Source: Bugula neritina | Lineage: Eukaryota; Animalia; Bryozoa | Direction of reading: 5' to 3' | Assembly: GCA_964035545.1 (NCBI GenBank) | Contig: OZ037767.1 | Span: forward strand, 1,747,680 to 1,811,679 | DNA: 64,000 nt | Shown: piece after piece, positions 37,122-50,149 of the stretch | Position numbering within the stretch: position 1 is the stretch's first letter | Layout of the letters: each line of letters starts with the position of its first letter | The notes under the pieces: generated by a model | What the model was told of the DNA's origin: nothing | Databases searched by the model: none | The model's input: only the letters and a program-made list of their open reading frames with translations | Translations under genes and position numbers: made by a program

Positions 37122-40100
37122 TCAGTGAGTTCTTCCACCGAAGCAGCTGAGTAGAGACTTGAGACCGCGATGCCGTTTTGGTTTATTGCTGACTATTTGA
37201 TGTCTAAAGTGAAATCGTTGCTTGTCCATGCCAGTCATTATGGCCATATCAAACACCTCTTTCAACTTAGTTTGAGTCAAACTACTGCACTCAATGTAAG
37301 ACACTGCGCCGATACGGTCGGCCAGTTGTCTGCCCATGCTACTGGTGACTGGTGACTCATTGTATCGGTGCAGTTCTACAAGCACTCTGACGTCATTGCG
37401 GAGGTCCGTCTGCGTACCGACTAGTATTATGGGTATTTTAGGTGCATATTGTTTCAGCTCGGGTATCCATTTCTCTGTTATATTGTGGAAGGATGTGGGA
37501 GAGACGACACTGTAGCATAAAAGGAATATATCTGTTCCAGGGTAGCATAGAGGGCGGAGGGAATCAAAATCATCCTGCAAAAAAGAGAAACATACAATTT
37601 TGATGTTTCGAAGACATTTAATTTCATGATTATTCGAATGGCAGTGAGTGAGAGGAAAACAGACGATTTTTGATGGCAAGAAACTAAGTGGACAGCCATT
37701 GTCTAGTAGATAGGTGAAAAGCAGTAGCAGTTCCTACTAGCAGTGCAAGAGATAGTTACTGCGGAGTAACTGGGACTGAGTGATAGTAGCTGAACAAGCT
37801 AGAGATGACACTGTGCTACATCTATTTATATTATACAGAATTATCCAGCCAGTATTCAAATAGATACCAACATACCGTTAGATAACACAAACTTCTACCT
37901 GACTTATCAGCTAAATTGATATTAAAAAACCTATAAAACCAGTCGTTGGCTTCGTGACTGAGTCATGGCGTAGAATTACCTGTACCCTTCCGGCACCTGA
38001 CTTTACCTGCGGGCACCACCACAACTTGCAGTGCAAACAACCAAAGAACAGAATAATTAAAACTAAATTAAGAACTAGTGGTCGCTGAGCGTGGCTAACA
38101 AGTACAGACTTGTCCATTACAACTCTTTGCACACTGGACGAACAGACAGACAAAAGGCATTGAGAGATGACTGCTTATCAGCTGTATTACGTAATATTTA
38201 TAGATTCAAAGTCCAGATATTACTAGATAACTCAGCTGATCACTGGAAAACTTGCAATTCTTGGTTTGTAGACTGCATAGTGCAAAAGTTAAGTATTAGT
38301 TACACTAACATATAGTTTAGTATTAGTTTGTGTCAGTCGCGACTGCAGGGCTGTGATTATAGGATTGAGAAATGTTTACTGGGGCCTTGGAGACAGACAA
38401 AATAAAAGCAAACACTAAAAAGCCATTAGCAAAGAAAACTGGGTATTATGGCTTAAAGCAACTTGCAGGCTAATGTCGGTTATATGACTGTCGTTAAGTC
38501 ACTATTGTCTAATGTTGAATGAATGATAACCAGTCATAAAGAGCTGGATTTAAAGGGTTTATTGTATAATCAACTAGTTAGGAAACTGAAGTTCAATATT
38601 GACAAATAAGATTACATAACTTAAGGACTAATTTATATCTAAGTTGCACTGGCATTCTCTATTCAGAATGGATCAATTCAGCTTTTCTTTTATATTTCGT
38701 AAAAAATTCTAATGACGATACTAGCCACTTAACTCCAGGAAATGCTGTAAAGTTTACACAATAAATGCTTTAAATAGTCGAGAATTTCTCAACTATTTAG
38801 CTCTTTACTTGCTGTTTAGCAATATGGTTCTTTTCATGTTGCCGAAAAACCGATTTTTCTGAAAAGAAGTAGAAAAGGAGAATTTTTACGTCAATAATTC
38901 ATTCTGTGCGGAATTGAAGAAGGTGTCATTGATTTTAAATAGTTAATATAATGTAGAATATTTGCAGACGCTTGGGTAAATATTTACAATGCTTAGAGGT
39001 GGAAAGAATGAGCTAAGTGCTTTCTATTGTGCGTGGTTATAGATTAGAAATATCATACTGGGTGAATTGAGAGAGGTGCAGACGTAGAGAGAAGCAGAAG
39101 GATGAAGATATAGATGAACTATTTGCAGAAGTTGAAAACACTTGTTTAGAAGAAGTTGAAAACTTTTTAACAAAACAAATCCCATACTGCTTTAGTAAAA
39201 AACTGGTATAGAAATTCGATGAACAGGGTTCAATTTTACACAAAAATTGCTTGCCGAGTTAAAAATCATCAACATAATTTCTTTAAATTTATGGGGTAGA
39301 CTAAAAGCACTCACCTGTCCTGCAGTGTCGCACAGTTGCAAGTGTACTGGCTGTTCGTCTACCGAAACTACGGCTAAAAAAGAGCAAAATACATATTACA
39401 ACTTTTTTAAATCACGAGATTTGACATCATTTCATTGTAACTTATATAAAGCAAATATCCCCAAAAGAGAGGCATAATACATATGCACTGATTAGCACCA
39501 GTGACTGCTACAAGTTTGTCCTCCACCCAGCTATTGGATGCAGCTAGAATTACATAATTATGCTATGGCAGAGGTCAGACAGTAAAGTAGTAAATAAATA
39601 CTCTCCCACTCTGTAACTATAGCTGGTATTTAAAACACTCAAATGTGAAGAAAGCCCATCAACAAGGCTTTTGTTTCATTCACTGAAACCTAAAAGCTTA
39701 CATTGATTTTTGTATCGTATATCAGTCTTGTTTTACTTTACGATATTGGCTGCCATGTAAGATATTATTGTCAATTATGTAATATTATAGCGGCTTATTG
39801 TTGTGCTTTACAGTTGGGTTGTAAACAATACATTCTTTTGTCTGTATAATGTTTGTTAGCATCACCTGATTGCTGGAATTTGGTTTGTGGGAGTTTACAA
39901 GATTAGATCTAAAAATCAGTTAAGTCAACCGCAGTTCTTATAGTTTTATAAAGTTAGGGTCATTGGACAAGAAAGAAAATATTTATCCAGATTTTGCCGT
40001 GCAATACAAGTTTATTTTGGTAGTCCCTTTATTTTAGTGCAGTGAGGAGAGTTGTGCAAACAAGAACTAGCAGAGTAAACACTTAGCAATGAGTTTGAAT

Positions 40101-43100
40101 TAGCTAACAATGGCAAAGTTGACACCCTTTAGACTGTACTAAACAATGCAAGGACGGAAAGACAATCTAGCTCACTGGTGTGGGACCTATTAACGTCCTA
40201 TCATATTCAAGATATTATCACGATCTTTTAGTGCTCAAGTATTCTTCTATCTACCTCCAGGCAATCAACATAACCCCAGAAACAATAGAAAACAGGGTGT
40301 ACCATGAGAAATGTATCTTCGTTAATTAAATCATTAAACACAGAAAAAGCACTTGACGAATCTTGTCTCACACTTGGATTAATTAGCTAATACAGCTACT
40401 GATCCACAAACAGGCGCGCATTCATTGAAAGCCTGGGTTTTACAGCAAAATAGAGATACGACAGGTGAACCACCCGACTTCAACACATTTGGGCTTATGT
40501 CTCTGAAGCTTTTTCTGCAGACTATAGCCTTAGGCCGTGTCATGATACCATAAGATAATGGCAACTTTGTTTGCTGTAGCCTCTCTCCCATCCCAGGTGA
40601 AGAATTAACCCCAATACTCCGGTGCTACCTAACATTGAATCTAACTTCTTAGAACTTTACACTACTTCTCTTTCCAGCTACAGCTATGTTTAGTAAATGG
40701 TGTGACAGTCAAGCCATTTATGGTGAATCAAATAATAGTTATTGTTTACTAATACTATTTGGTAACATATCTGTACTTATATTAACCTATAATTTTGCAG
40801 GTAGAATTATCACTCACTGTACAAGTCAACTGTGAGTTAAAATATGCCACATCATGCCACAAAGCAGATGTTGAAGAGATGTTTAGGGGTGTAGTATTGA
40901 ATTTCCAATATTTAGTCTGAATTCCAGACTTTTCCCAGGAAATGATACCAAGGAAATGGAGTTATTGAAACTCCGAACTAATGTAGCACAGAGTTGCATA
41001 ATATTTTATTGCCGTAACAGTGATATATTGTATACTGCTCAAGTTTTACTGCAATCTTTGCAACATAACGGCAACATAAATATAGATATAAACAGGAGAT
41101 AAAGATGAAAGCTAGAAATAAATTGCCATTTACGAGCAAAAACAGGGAGAAATAATAATAATATACCATTACAGAAAGAGGCAAACTGAGGGAATAGGTA
41201 AAGCTGTAACTATCATTATAATCTTGATGGATTGCTTCGCGTCAATTTTCTAAGAAGTGTATATTATAATTGCCAGTTATACTAGAATTCTACCTTTCAG
41301 TAATGTGACAAGATAATTGCAAAGGTTTCAATTCTCACAAAAGCTGAGTTACCCAACACAACCATAGCTGTTGGTTAAAATACATTGCATATAGGAGAGA
41401 CTGACTGGCATTATATAATTAGCTTCTAGTTGCAAGTTGCATCGGACTAGCTTAGCAGACACGCTCATAAGTAACTATGACTAGTGCTATAGTATTACAC
41501 TGTGTGTTAGTTAATATTCTATATTCAGTTTTACAGCCAATAAATGCATACCGCACCCTACATGCATGTTATACTGTGCATTATAAATTATATATTAAAA
41601 GTTATATAAGATAGGTATACCGTACAATATAATGTAATATATATAGTAATATTACTCTAATCTCTACCCTGAAATTACTAGTTAATGTTCAATTCCCTAC
41701 TTTTATTCCATTACAAGTTCTACAATGTTTGCAGCTCGCACTAGCAGCTGTCTATTGTGCAAACTCATCTAAGCCAATTTAATCCCCTCAATAACTTGGG
41801 CTTACAGGTTCATATGAATAATTTATATACCATAAAGTTTAATTGATTTCACAGGGCCCGCCTGTTACTATATTGGCCCCAGTTTTACTGAGGTTATTAT
41901 ATAACTACTAGCAAGATGGCTAATATATGATGACTCATCGTGAGTCAATATGAGTTGAGCTCCGACTGAGAGAGCATCTATGATGCATTAATGTTGTTAC
42001 TAAATCTAATCTATGCTATCAAATATGATGCCAAGCTAAATGTTAGGTTAATAACTTAGCTAAATGTTAGTTCAGCATCTTGTAAGGACTCTAGACGAAA
42101 CACCCCTACTACAATCTATACCAATAATGAAACAGTGGCTAACTAAAGATTTTCAGACAGAAAACAAACAGTGTGTTGACTGAACGAGCAGGCACAATAG
42201 TCGAATTACTCCCAAGCACGATATCAACGCTTCACCACCTACCCTATAATGCAGACAATACCCAGTGTTGATGGTTTAAATTTAGAGTCATGATATGTTA
42301 CAACCCCTGTTTTCAAATAACAATCTGTTGGTGCGGAAGGGCTCATTGTGAAATGTTCATTCGAAATAGCATTTTGATGAAGTTGCACTCCACCCATTTG
42401 ACCCACACAGCATGCATGTATTACACAGGTGAATGGGCGATTACACCTTATATTTAGCTCAGTTCTCTTTTAATTTACTTGTAACATAAACACAGCACAA
42501 ATATTCCCAGGCTACATTATAGTGTAGTGAGTATTATTATTAATTAGGAATGCAAAGATGGCCTGATTACTGCCACTTGTATCACTTTACATCTGATGTC
42601 AATTAGTCTCACCATTGCTGCCTTCTTGCTGCCTCTACAAGTACTTTTTCCCAGACAAGCCGCAGTGTCAGGGATACTATTGTTAATTAATCTCGAGTGC
42701 AAACTACAATTTGGATGTTTATTCACGTGATGAGATGGGAATACTGTTTGTTTAGCCTGTTTTGGGAATTTAATTTTTGTACTGAGCCTGATTTTAGTGC
42801 TAAATTCCAGTAGCATTTGTAGACTACTATGTTAATATATTAGTATACATGATACAAAATATAGCATTGTCACAGCCAGCTGGAAATCCGGGTTACATTT
42901 AAATGGCTAAATGGGAAAAAATGTAAACACAGCAAAGCCACCGATTGTATGTATATTATCAGAAGTATTTGGGACTTCAATATTTCTTATAGTTGCAGAG
43001 TTGAGAATTACCATTATAATATTAATTGCAAACTAAATTTAATGAATATTGGCTTTCAGTTTAAGCAAAGAAAATATTGGTCATTAACTTTTAAAAAATT

Positions 43101-43551
43101 ACAACTTATTCATATTAATAGCAATAGTGATACTCATACTCATGCTCGTACTGTTGACAAATTATTGTTGTATTTCTATTACTATTACCAAATTATTCAT
43201 GTATTTATTCATCATGGTGATCTTACATGCTGCTAAAAGTAAAACTCAAAAAGTAGATTTGAGAGAGGTAAAAATAAGAGAGGAAGACATTCTCACAATG
43301 ATCAAGAGTTCTTCTTTATAAGAACATGACTTACCTGTGTATTTATCGAATGCTGTCGGGATGTATTCTGTAGGGTAACCATTTGTAGTGTAACTAACAA
43401 CCAAACTCGTCTTCCCAATAGCCCCATCGCCAACCAGCACACATTTTATCTTCTTCATACCTATATTTTTCGTTTGTCGTAAAGCTGTGCTCATTTCTTC
43501 TGATAATATAATCTCACTATCTTGCAGGTATGGTGGCATTACTCTCTGCAT
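37122..43551 (-). CDS. RHOU: Rho-family GTPase of the RhoU/RhoV (Wrch-1/Chp) subfamily. Exons: 43335-43551, 39315-39373, 37122-37574
   Basis: [81 protein letters not shown]. The [14 protein letters not shown] and TQxD motifs are RhoU/V-specific. It has an N-terminal extension; the exact start Met is uncertain. Confidence 0.92.
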
Positions 43552-43914
43552 CTGTTACACACTTCTACACTTCTCTTGTTTTCTTGCATTAATGATGCAT
43601 ATTGTTAGTGCAGCAGGCGTTCAAATCTTTTTTCGATATTTTGGGCGGTGCCCTATTGCAAATGGGCGGTGCTTTATGGTTTAGTTAGATCGATTGTCTC
43701 CCCATTTAATAGTAGGTGAGCTATCGGTTTTTAGACGATGACGACTGTAATCGAGTTTGTCAAAACGTAAGTCAATAACTACCTTGACCTATGTGGCGGG
43801 TATTTTTGATAGAAAACAGGAAAAACTGAAGATAGATGTAAAATAATTATAATATTTTAATTAAATGAAACTTAAATCATAAAGGAGATTTGTTTTTTTT
43901 GTAGCATTGAAATC
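43552..43914. promoter_or_regulatory. Probable bidirectional promoter for RhoU/V and GINS1
   Basis: Divergent ATGs ~360 bp apart. Two TGGGCGGTGC GC-box-like motifs (~43642, ~43663) and GGCGGGTA at ~43795. Confidence 0.65.
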
Positions 43915-46900
43915 ATGTTTGGTGTTAAATGTACTGAATTGATTAAAGAACTGAAGCGTTGTGATATTGATGGAAAAGGATTTCTTCCGAACTACAACGT
44001 GAGTCTCACTCCCATTCTCAGTCTGAGTCACACTCACAGTGTTAGTGTGTGATTGTCCGTGTGTCTGTGGTTAACAATAACAGTCACACTCTGACAGTGA
44101 GGTGAGTCTCTCTCACTCTCACTTTCTCGGTGACTACGTTGGTTTTTAGCTGTTTATTGAAGTAATACTAATAGGCTAACTTTAAGTTTAAGAGTTTTAC
44201 TTGTAGTTTGTTTCTTACCTATTTTAATTTGATTAAGTTAATTTAATTAGTATTTAAGTTAAACTTAGTTACACTTGAAGTTGTAAAACAAGGACTTTAC
44301 TCTTAGTAACATTATAGTTTATATTAGTATAAGTATGACTATAACCTAGACGTTGTCTTTTGCTATAAACTTTATCATTATGACTATGGCTACTATCAGT
44401 ATGAGTGTCACTATCAGTGTGAGTATCGGTATGAAATTCAGTATGGAAATCTCCATGATTAACTTGCAGTTTGAGTTACTGATTACTTTGAGTCATAATA
44501 GTTACTAGCCTACATACTACTGCTAGCCTAGTTGTATTCAGTTATGGCTTTCCCAACTTGCATAACCCCATACTCACATAAGTTATATTATGGATAGTAT
44601 AGTCAGCAACACAAGGCCCTATTTTAGCCATGTTCAGCTATGTTTTGTTTTTATTAGGTTTTTATTAGTTTTTTTATTAACCTTTAAACGAATAATTGAG
44701 ACAGGAGAGTGAAAATAAACCTCATTTTAAGTAATTTACTGAATTTAACGTTTTACTATCCACGGTTTTTTGAGATGTTTCTAAAAATAAATACTAATTG
44801 TCAACTAAAATACTGATTGTTACATGATTATTAACTTTCGCTTATTGTTGTGGAAAAATGAAAGTAAAAAACTATTTTTTATTGCAAGCAGAATATGAAT
44901 TTTCTACTGAAATAACTACTGATAGTGTCATGGTGATTGAAAACAAGTTAATCCCAATTAAATATTTGATAGAAATATATGCACATATTATAAATAGCCA
45001 CATTTATAAATATCAGAAAACTATTCACATGCAATGTTATAATTGCACAAGAGATTCTGTGTAAAGTACTTAATAATATGATTCTGTTTGCCTACTAGTA
45101 AACCTTTTGCATAGTCTTCTGTTAGTTTAGGGTCTCTTGCATCTGCTTGACATCTTTCTCTTTGATCATTTGTTTTTAAAACAGGATATTTTTTGTAGGA
45201 TAAAGTTTTGCAAGAAGTATTTGAAGAGATGCAAGATTTGTTTGACCAGAACAAACTAGATGTGTTGGTTGAGCATATAATACACTATTTTCTTCTCTCA
45301 TGAGATTTTTACTGCCACCGTCCAGTGAACATCATAGAGCAATGGTTTCAAATGATTGTGACAAAGTTTACGATATGCTTGTCAATCTGTAGTGATTTTG
45401 ATTTGAATGTACTTTCTGATTTTAGTTCTTTGTTACACATACTCATGTTTGTAGCACAAAAATGTCAGAAGAAACTGATAGGGAGGAGTTGTTTATGGCT
45501 GTGAAGATGAGGCATTATGGGATGGTTAGAAATCATAGATGTGTCCACGCATACCTGTAAGAATAAGGCAGAATTTTTGCTAAGTTACAAACTCATTGCT
45601 ACTTTTGCATAAAACTATCAATGTATAACTATTGTGCTGATTTTAGAATGGCTCGTTTGAAGTATATAAAATCATTAAGATGGGGCTTTGGCACGAACAT
45701 CCCTCAAGACATCAGAAAGAGCATGAGTGAGAATGAGTCTAAATGGTTTGACTCGTACAATAAACTCCTCTTCAACTACATGAAGAATGTCGGAGATGAT
45801 GGCATCGACTTGTGTCAGGAGCAGAATCCTCCAAAGTTCAGGTTTATTACTGTAAGTGTATAACGTACAGTGTAAGTTTGTAACATACACTCTGTAAGTG
45901 TGTAACATACAGTATAAGCGTGTAGCAAATAGTGTAAGTATGTAGTGTACAGTGTAAGTGTGTAACATACACTCTGTCAGTGTGTAACATACAGTGCAAG
46001 TGTGTAGCATACAGTGTAGGCGTGTAACATACATGGTGTAAGTAGATAGCCAATGTACTATGAATAGGGTAAGTGTGTAGTGTAGGTGCACAGTATACAA
46101 TGTGTAAGTGTGCAACGTTCAATCCATAGTGTTCATTACTAGTTTACATAGTGCAGTGCAAGTAAGTGTAACTCAGTTCCAAGTTACACTCAAGTTTAGC
46201 CCTTACTTTGTTAGTAGCTGACTTTCCTGTCTGTGACCTTCACGAGGGTTTTCTGCTCAATTAAAAGCTCTTTGTTGCGTTTTTAAATGAAAAACGCATA
46301 AAATCTGTCACATGTACTGGAAGAAAGAAAAACTGGAAGTTTAGACTCTTCATAACATGGCCGGGCTGCTTACTCTGGCTCGGGTTTGTACAGAAGTATC
46401 ACTAGCAAAGCTACTGATACTTCTGTTAATAAAACACAATAATATGTTACAATGAGCTAATCTCTAATTACAATTGTCTTTGCAATGGAGACACTGCACA
46501 TTAACCCCATCAATTATAAGTTACTAACATTACATAATGGCAATGAACTAGGTTATTGCTCTTTAACATTCTAGCATTGATATCAAAGATGTTGTTATTG
46601 GCATTATCTGTGTTAGAAAGAGTAGTGTCTCTCCAATGTCTCCAGGATCTGTACATTGAACCTTGAAAGTCTACACCAAAGGTTACAATAATTACCCATC
46701 AGATTATCTCTAGCAGACAGACTAATAACAATGTTTTATACATTCTATGCACTTTGTAACAAATATAATTGACAGTTTTATGGTAACTAACCAGTTAATA
46801 GACTAGGTTTCTACCTAAGATGTAACCCCCACCTATTTTACACTTTGCAGTGGGTTATTCGGCCTGCTAGAACTTGTATGCAGGAGCTACTCAAGATATG

Positions 46901-49900
46901 GCTAAATCTTCAAAAATGTAATCAGTTTAATTAACGGTTTCCATCATATTTTGTTTTATTGTTGACAGTTGTTTCTTTAGAATTGCTATAAAAATCTCAA
47001 TAATTTATTCTGCCTTTGGCTAAATATTGTCCAAATTATTTTAAATCAACAAATTTGTAGTAAATTAGTAAAAATAGATATGCTAATGAAGCATTGGAAT
47101 GACTAGAAAAACAAGCCAAAATATTTAATTAAAAGTTGAGCAAATAACGGCATTGTTGTAAAACAATGGACTGCATATTCCTTAACCAGGTAGAATACCA
47201 CAGGGGGTCGGCCAAAAGCTTCAACACATTTAGAAAAAATGTGATTAGCTGAAGATGAAGTGATAGGATAATTTGTAAAAATAAGGATGGGGGTATTAAC
47301 ATCTTTGTGGTGATATTTAAACCAAATACTTGCTGTTAATAATCATCCATCAAGAGCTATTTCATTTACTAATTGGTGAGAGTAAATAAGAGTAACCTAT
47401 CACATTATTTGAGCAATTTAAAATGGACACCCTCCCTGAGACTGTGGCTAAATGGCATATGACTCATTATTCTCCTTATTTCTATTTACTCTTCTCTCTC
47501 AAATGTCAGTAAATAGCATCAGGAAATGAAGACTGTATTGTTTGACTTGTTATTGTTTACTACTTTTGCTAATATTCGATTGTTTGAACTATCTCACATT
47601 TTGTGGCTGATTTTTCTATTTACAAGCTGTTGAAATGCTTTTCCAGAAATTTTTTTAAAAGAAAACGCTGTTGGATTATTAAAAAACTGGCATTTAGTCT
47701 GTGAAAAGCAGTAATTTAGTTTCTTTCATACAAATTCTATAACTTTATTTTGGAAGTAGCAAGAAACTAACGTATTTTCTTTTTTCCATTATTTTCAATA
47801 CTAGCATTAAGTAACTTATCTAACTGGTTCCACCCTAGAGTACAGAAAATCTAAATTTTCCTATCTTCATAGAATGGGAATCTGCACTGACAAGGCATGT
47901 TTTTTTCAAAGCTGTTAATCAGTCTATCATTTTTTGCTAATGGATATGGAAATGATCAATTTTAAAGCTCAGCAGGAGTAAATTGAGAGACAAAATCTGG
48001 GAAAATTCTCTAATTCCTTTCTAATGTGAAATAAAACTGCTGGTGTCTACACTCAACCTGCTAACTGAAGAGGATATTAAAGAGCTCAATTTTATTACAT
48101 ACTAGTCTAGACAGTGTCACCTACTAGTCAAGTTGGTATCTGATCTCAAGATGCCTCAAGCCTTGTAAGATAAACACTAACACTGTATTAAAAAGTGGTC
48201 TTCCAACACAAACAATTTCATGCCCTAGATAACATTGTGTAACAAGTTGTGTTGTTATAGTTAATGAGGTATATAAGTAAACAATAGACAAATCATTGTT
48301 CTGCATGTAATGTTACCAGTGATAAGACATTTAAAAGCCCTGCCATTATAAACCACTTGTTCCCGGATGTGAATGGGTCTCATTCAATTGATACAAGTGT
48401 TGGTAATCAAAAACCATCTAATTTGACATCATTAGACCTCAACAGAACATTTAACAAGCTTGTCTTGTAAACCTACCCAGTTTGTTAAGAGGCATAAAGG
48501 CAAGCTTTAAGGATGTTAGAGACCTAACAAGTTTTGTTTTATTTTTGTCAGCTCTTTTAATGGCAGTATTTTTTGCTGCTGCCCAGCTGATCAGTGAATT
48601 TGTCTGTGTGGACCTCAGTACTTAGTATGTAAATCTAGTTGGTAGGAGAGTTCTTATTGGTGTTGGAAATTAAAATTAAAAATCTTTTGAAAAGTTAAGT
48701 TTCAAGTAATATAAAGGTAATAAGTAATAAAGGTCTGAAAGTTTATGCAAAGGAACGAAGCTTGTTTAGACATCTTGCTGTCACTGCCAATGTTATTTGT
48801 TGGCAGGTTTGTACCACACAGTCTCAACAATTTGCTACATGTAAATGCTGCCTTATCAAGCAAAAATTCATTGGTAGACAGAATCTCAAATATCAAATCA
48901 ACAACCAAACAACCTGAATATATCACTGCACCTGGTTGTAGACCTTCACAATTACAATAATTACTGCATTGTGGGCATGCCCAGCTTTTTACTAACTGTC
49001 TACATTCAGTCTAAATGAAAGCTTGTTTTCATTTCATTAAATCAAAAGACAGAACTTTGAGTTAAATCCTGCCACATGATTGATTTTCGAGGAAACAGAT
49101 GTTACGCCAGCTGCAAGAGGCTAGGCTTAGATACAAACATAATCCAGTATTCTTACAGTCTATGTAATTAGCTATGCTACAGAGCTACCTCTATTGGCAT
49201 AATGCATACCTAATGAGATTGCTTAATTCTAAGTTTTAACTCCTTCTGTGCTCGGCCAGTCAAGTCTCGTACAGAGATGGGCCAATCCTATTGTCTCCCT
49301 CTAAACCTTAACTACAGAATTACCATATTTAATTAAGTCTAAAAGTTACCCCAGCCCAGAGTCATTGCATTAAACTCTTTTTAATTGTAAAGGAACCTTT
49401 AGCCATGAAGATTATGCAAATTATTCAGACATTTAGACGCTCTGTCCTTATTTAGACTGGGATCAGCTAACTTGAGATGTTTGTTGATTTCAGGTGAGGT
49501 GTTTGTCGGATTATGGAGATCTCATGCTATCAGATGGTACGAGGGTTTCTATTAAGAAAGGTCTGCAGGTCAGTTTCTCATCTCCTGGTGAGGATCATTC
49601 TAGAATATTCGGAAAATATTGGATAAAAAATTTTGGTATTTTATGGAAACTCCAATTGACAACACATGAGATTAATCAATTTTTTCGTAGCTTAGATTTC
49701 TATCTCTTTGTTAAATTGTAATGTTTTCATTCTGCAAATATTAGCTGTTATGTAAAAAGTTTTCTGGGCTACTCCAACAACTCACAGTGCTATAATAATA
49801 CTCATCAGTTTCGTTATACTGGGATAGTAGAATCAGTTGTCATGATTGCACCCTCCGCTTATCTGCTCTTAATGGTGTTTGCTTGACCGGTCATAGTGGC

Positions 49901-50149
49901 ATATTTTTATTAGGAGTTACAAAACAACAATATTTTGAATGTTATGTAAATGTTTGGTAACAAATGTCGTGCATTTGTTTACAGCTGTTTGCATATATTG
50001 ATGTTTAACCTTGTAAACAAAAGGCATTATATAGGATCGTTAGTAGTTATCTCCTCTCTTATCTTATTCTGTGTTTACAGCACCTATTGCCAAGGAGAGA
50101 TTGTGAGCCTCTTATTCGGCAAGGAGTTCTGCAGCATGTCTTAATGTGA
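43915..50149 (+). CDS. GINS1: DNA replication complex GINS subunit PSF1. Exons: 43915-43998, 45199-45263, 45455-45556, 45647-45851, 49494-49568, 50081-50149
   Basis: MFGVKCTELIKEL, LPNYN, VFEEM, MRHYGMVRNHRCVHAYL, LRWGFG, WFDSYNKLLFNYM, GIDLCQEQNPPK, VRCLSDYGDL, HLLPRRDCEPLIRQGVLQH. A probable 5'UTR intron lies at 43768-43904. Confidence 0.93.
45852..46110. repeat. Degenerate 20-22-bp repeat (GTAAGTGTGTAACATACAGT) starting at the GINS1 exon 4 donor
   Basis: The first unit is the real donor; about a dozen degenerate copies follow. Confidence 0.85.
46400..49100 (-). mobile_element. Possible heavily decayed non-LTR retrotransposon filling GINS1 intron 4
   Basis: Antisense fragments read WACPQCS (PHD-like end, ~48965-48985) and TNYPITSSSANHIFSKCVE (resembles the RT NYRPIS..SK..E block, ~47220-47280), in LINE order. 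Many stops and frameshifts. Confidence 0.3.
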
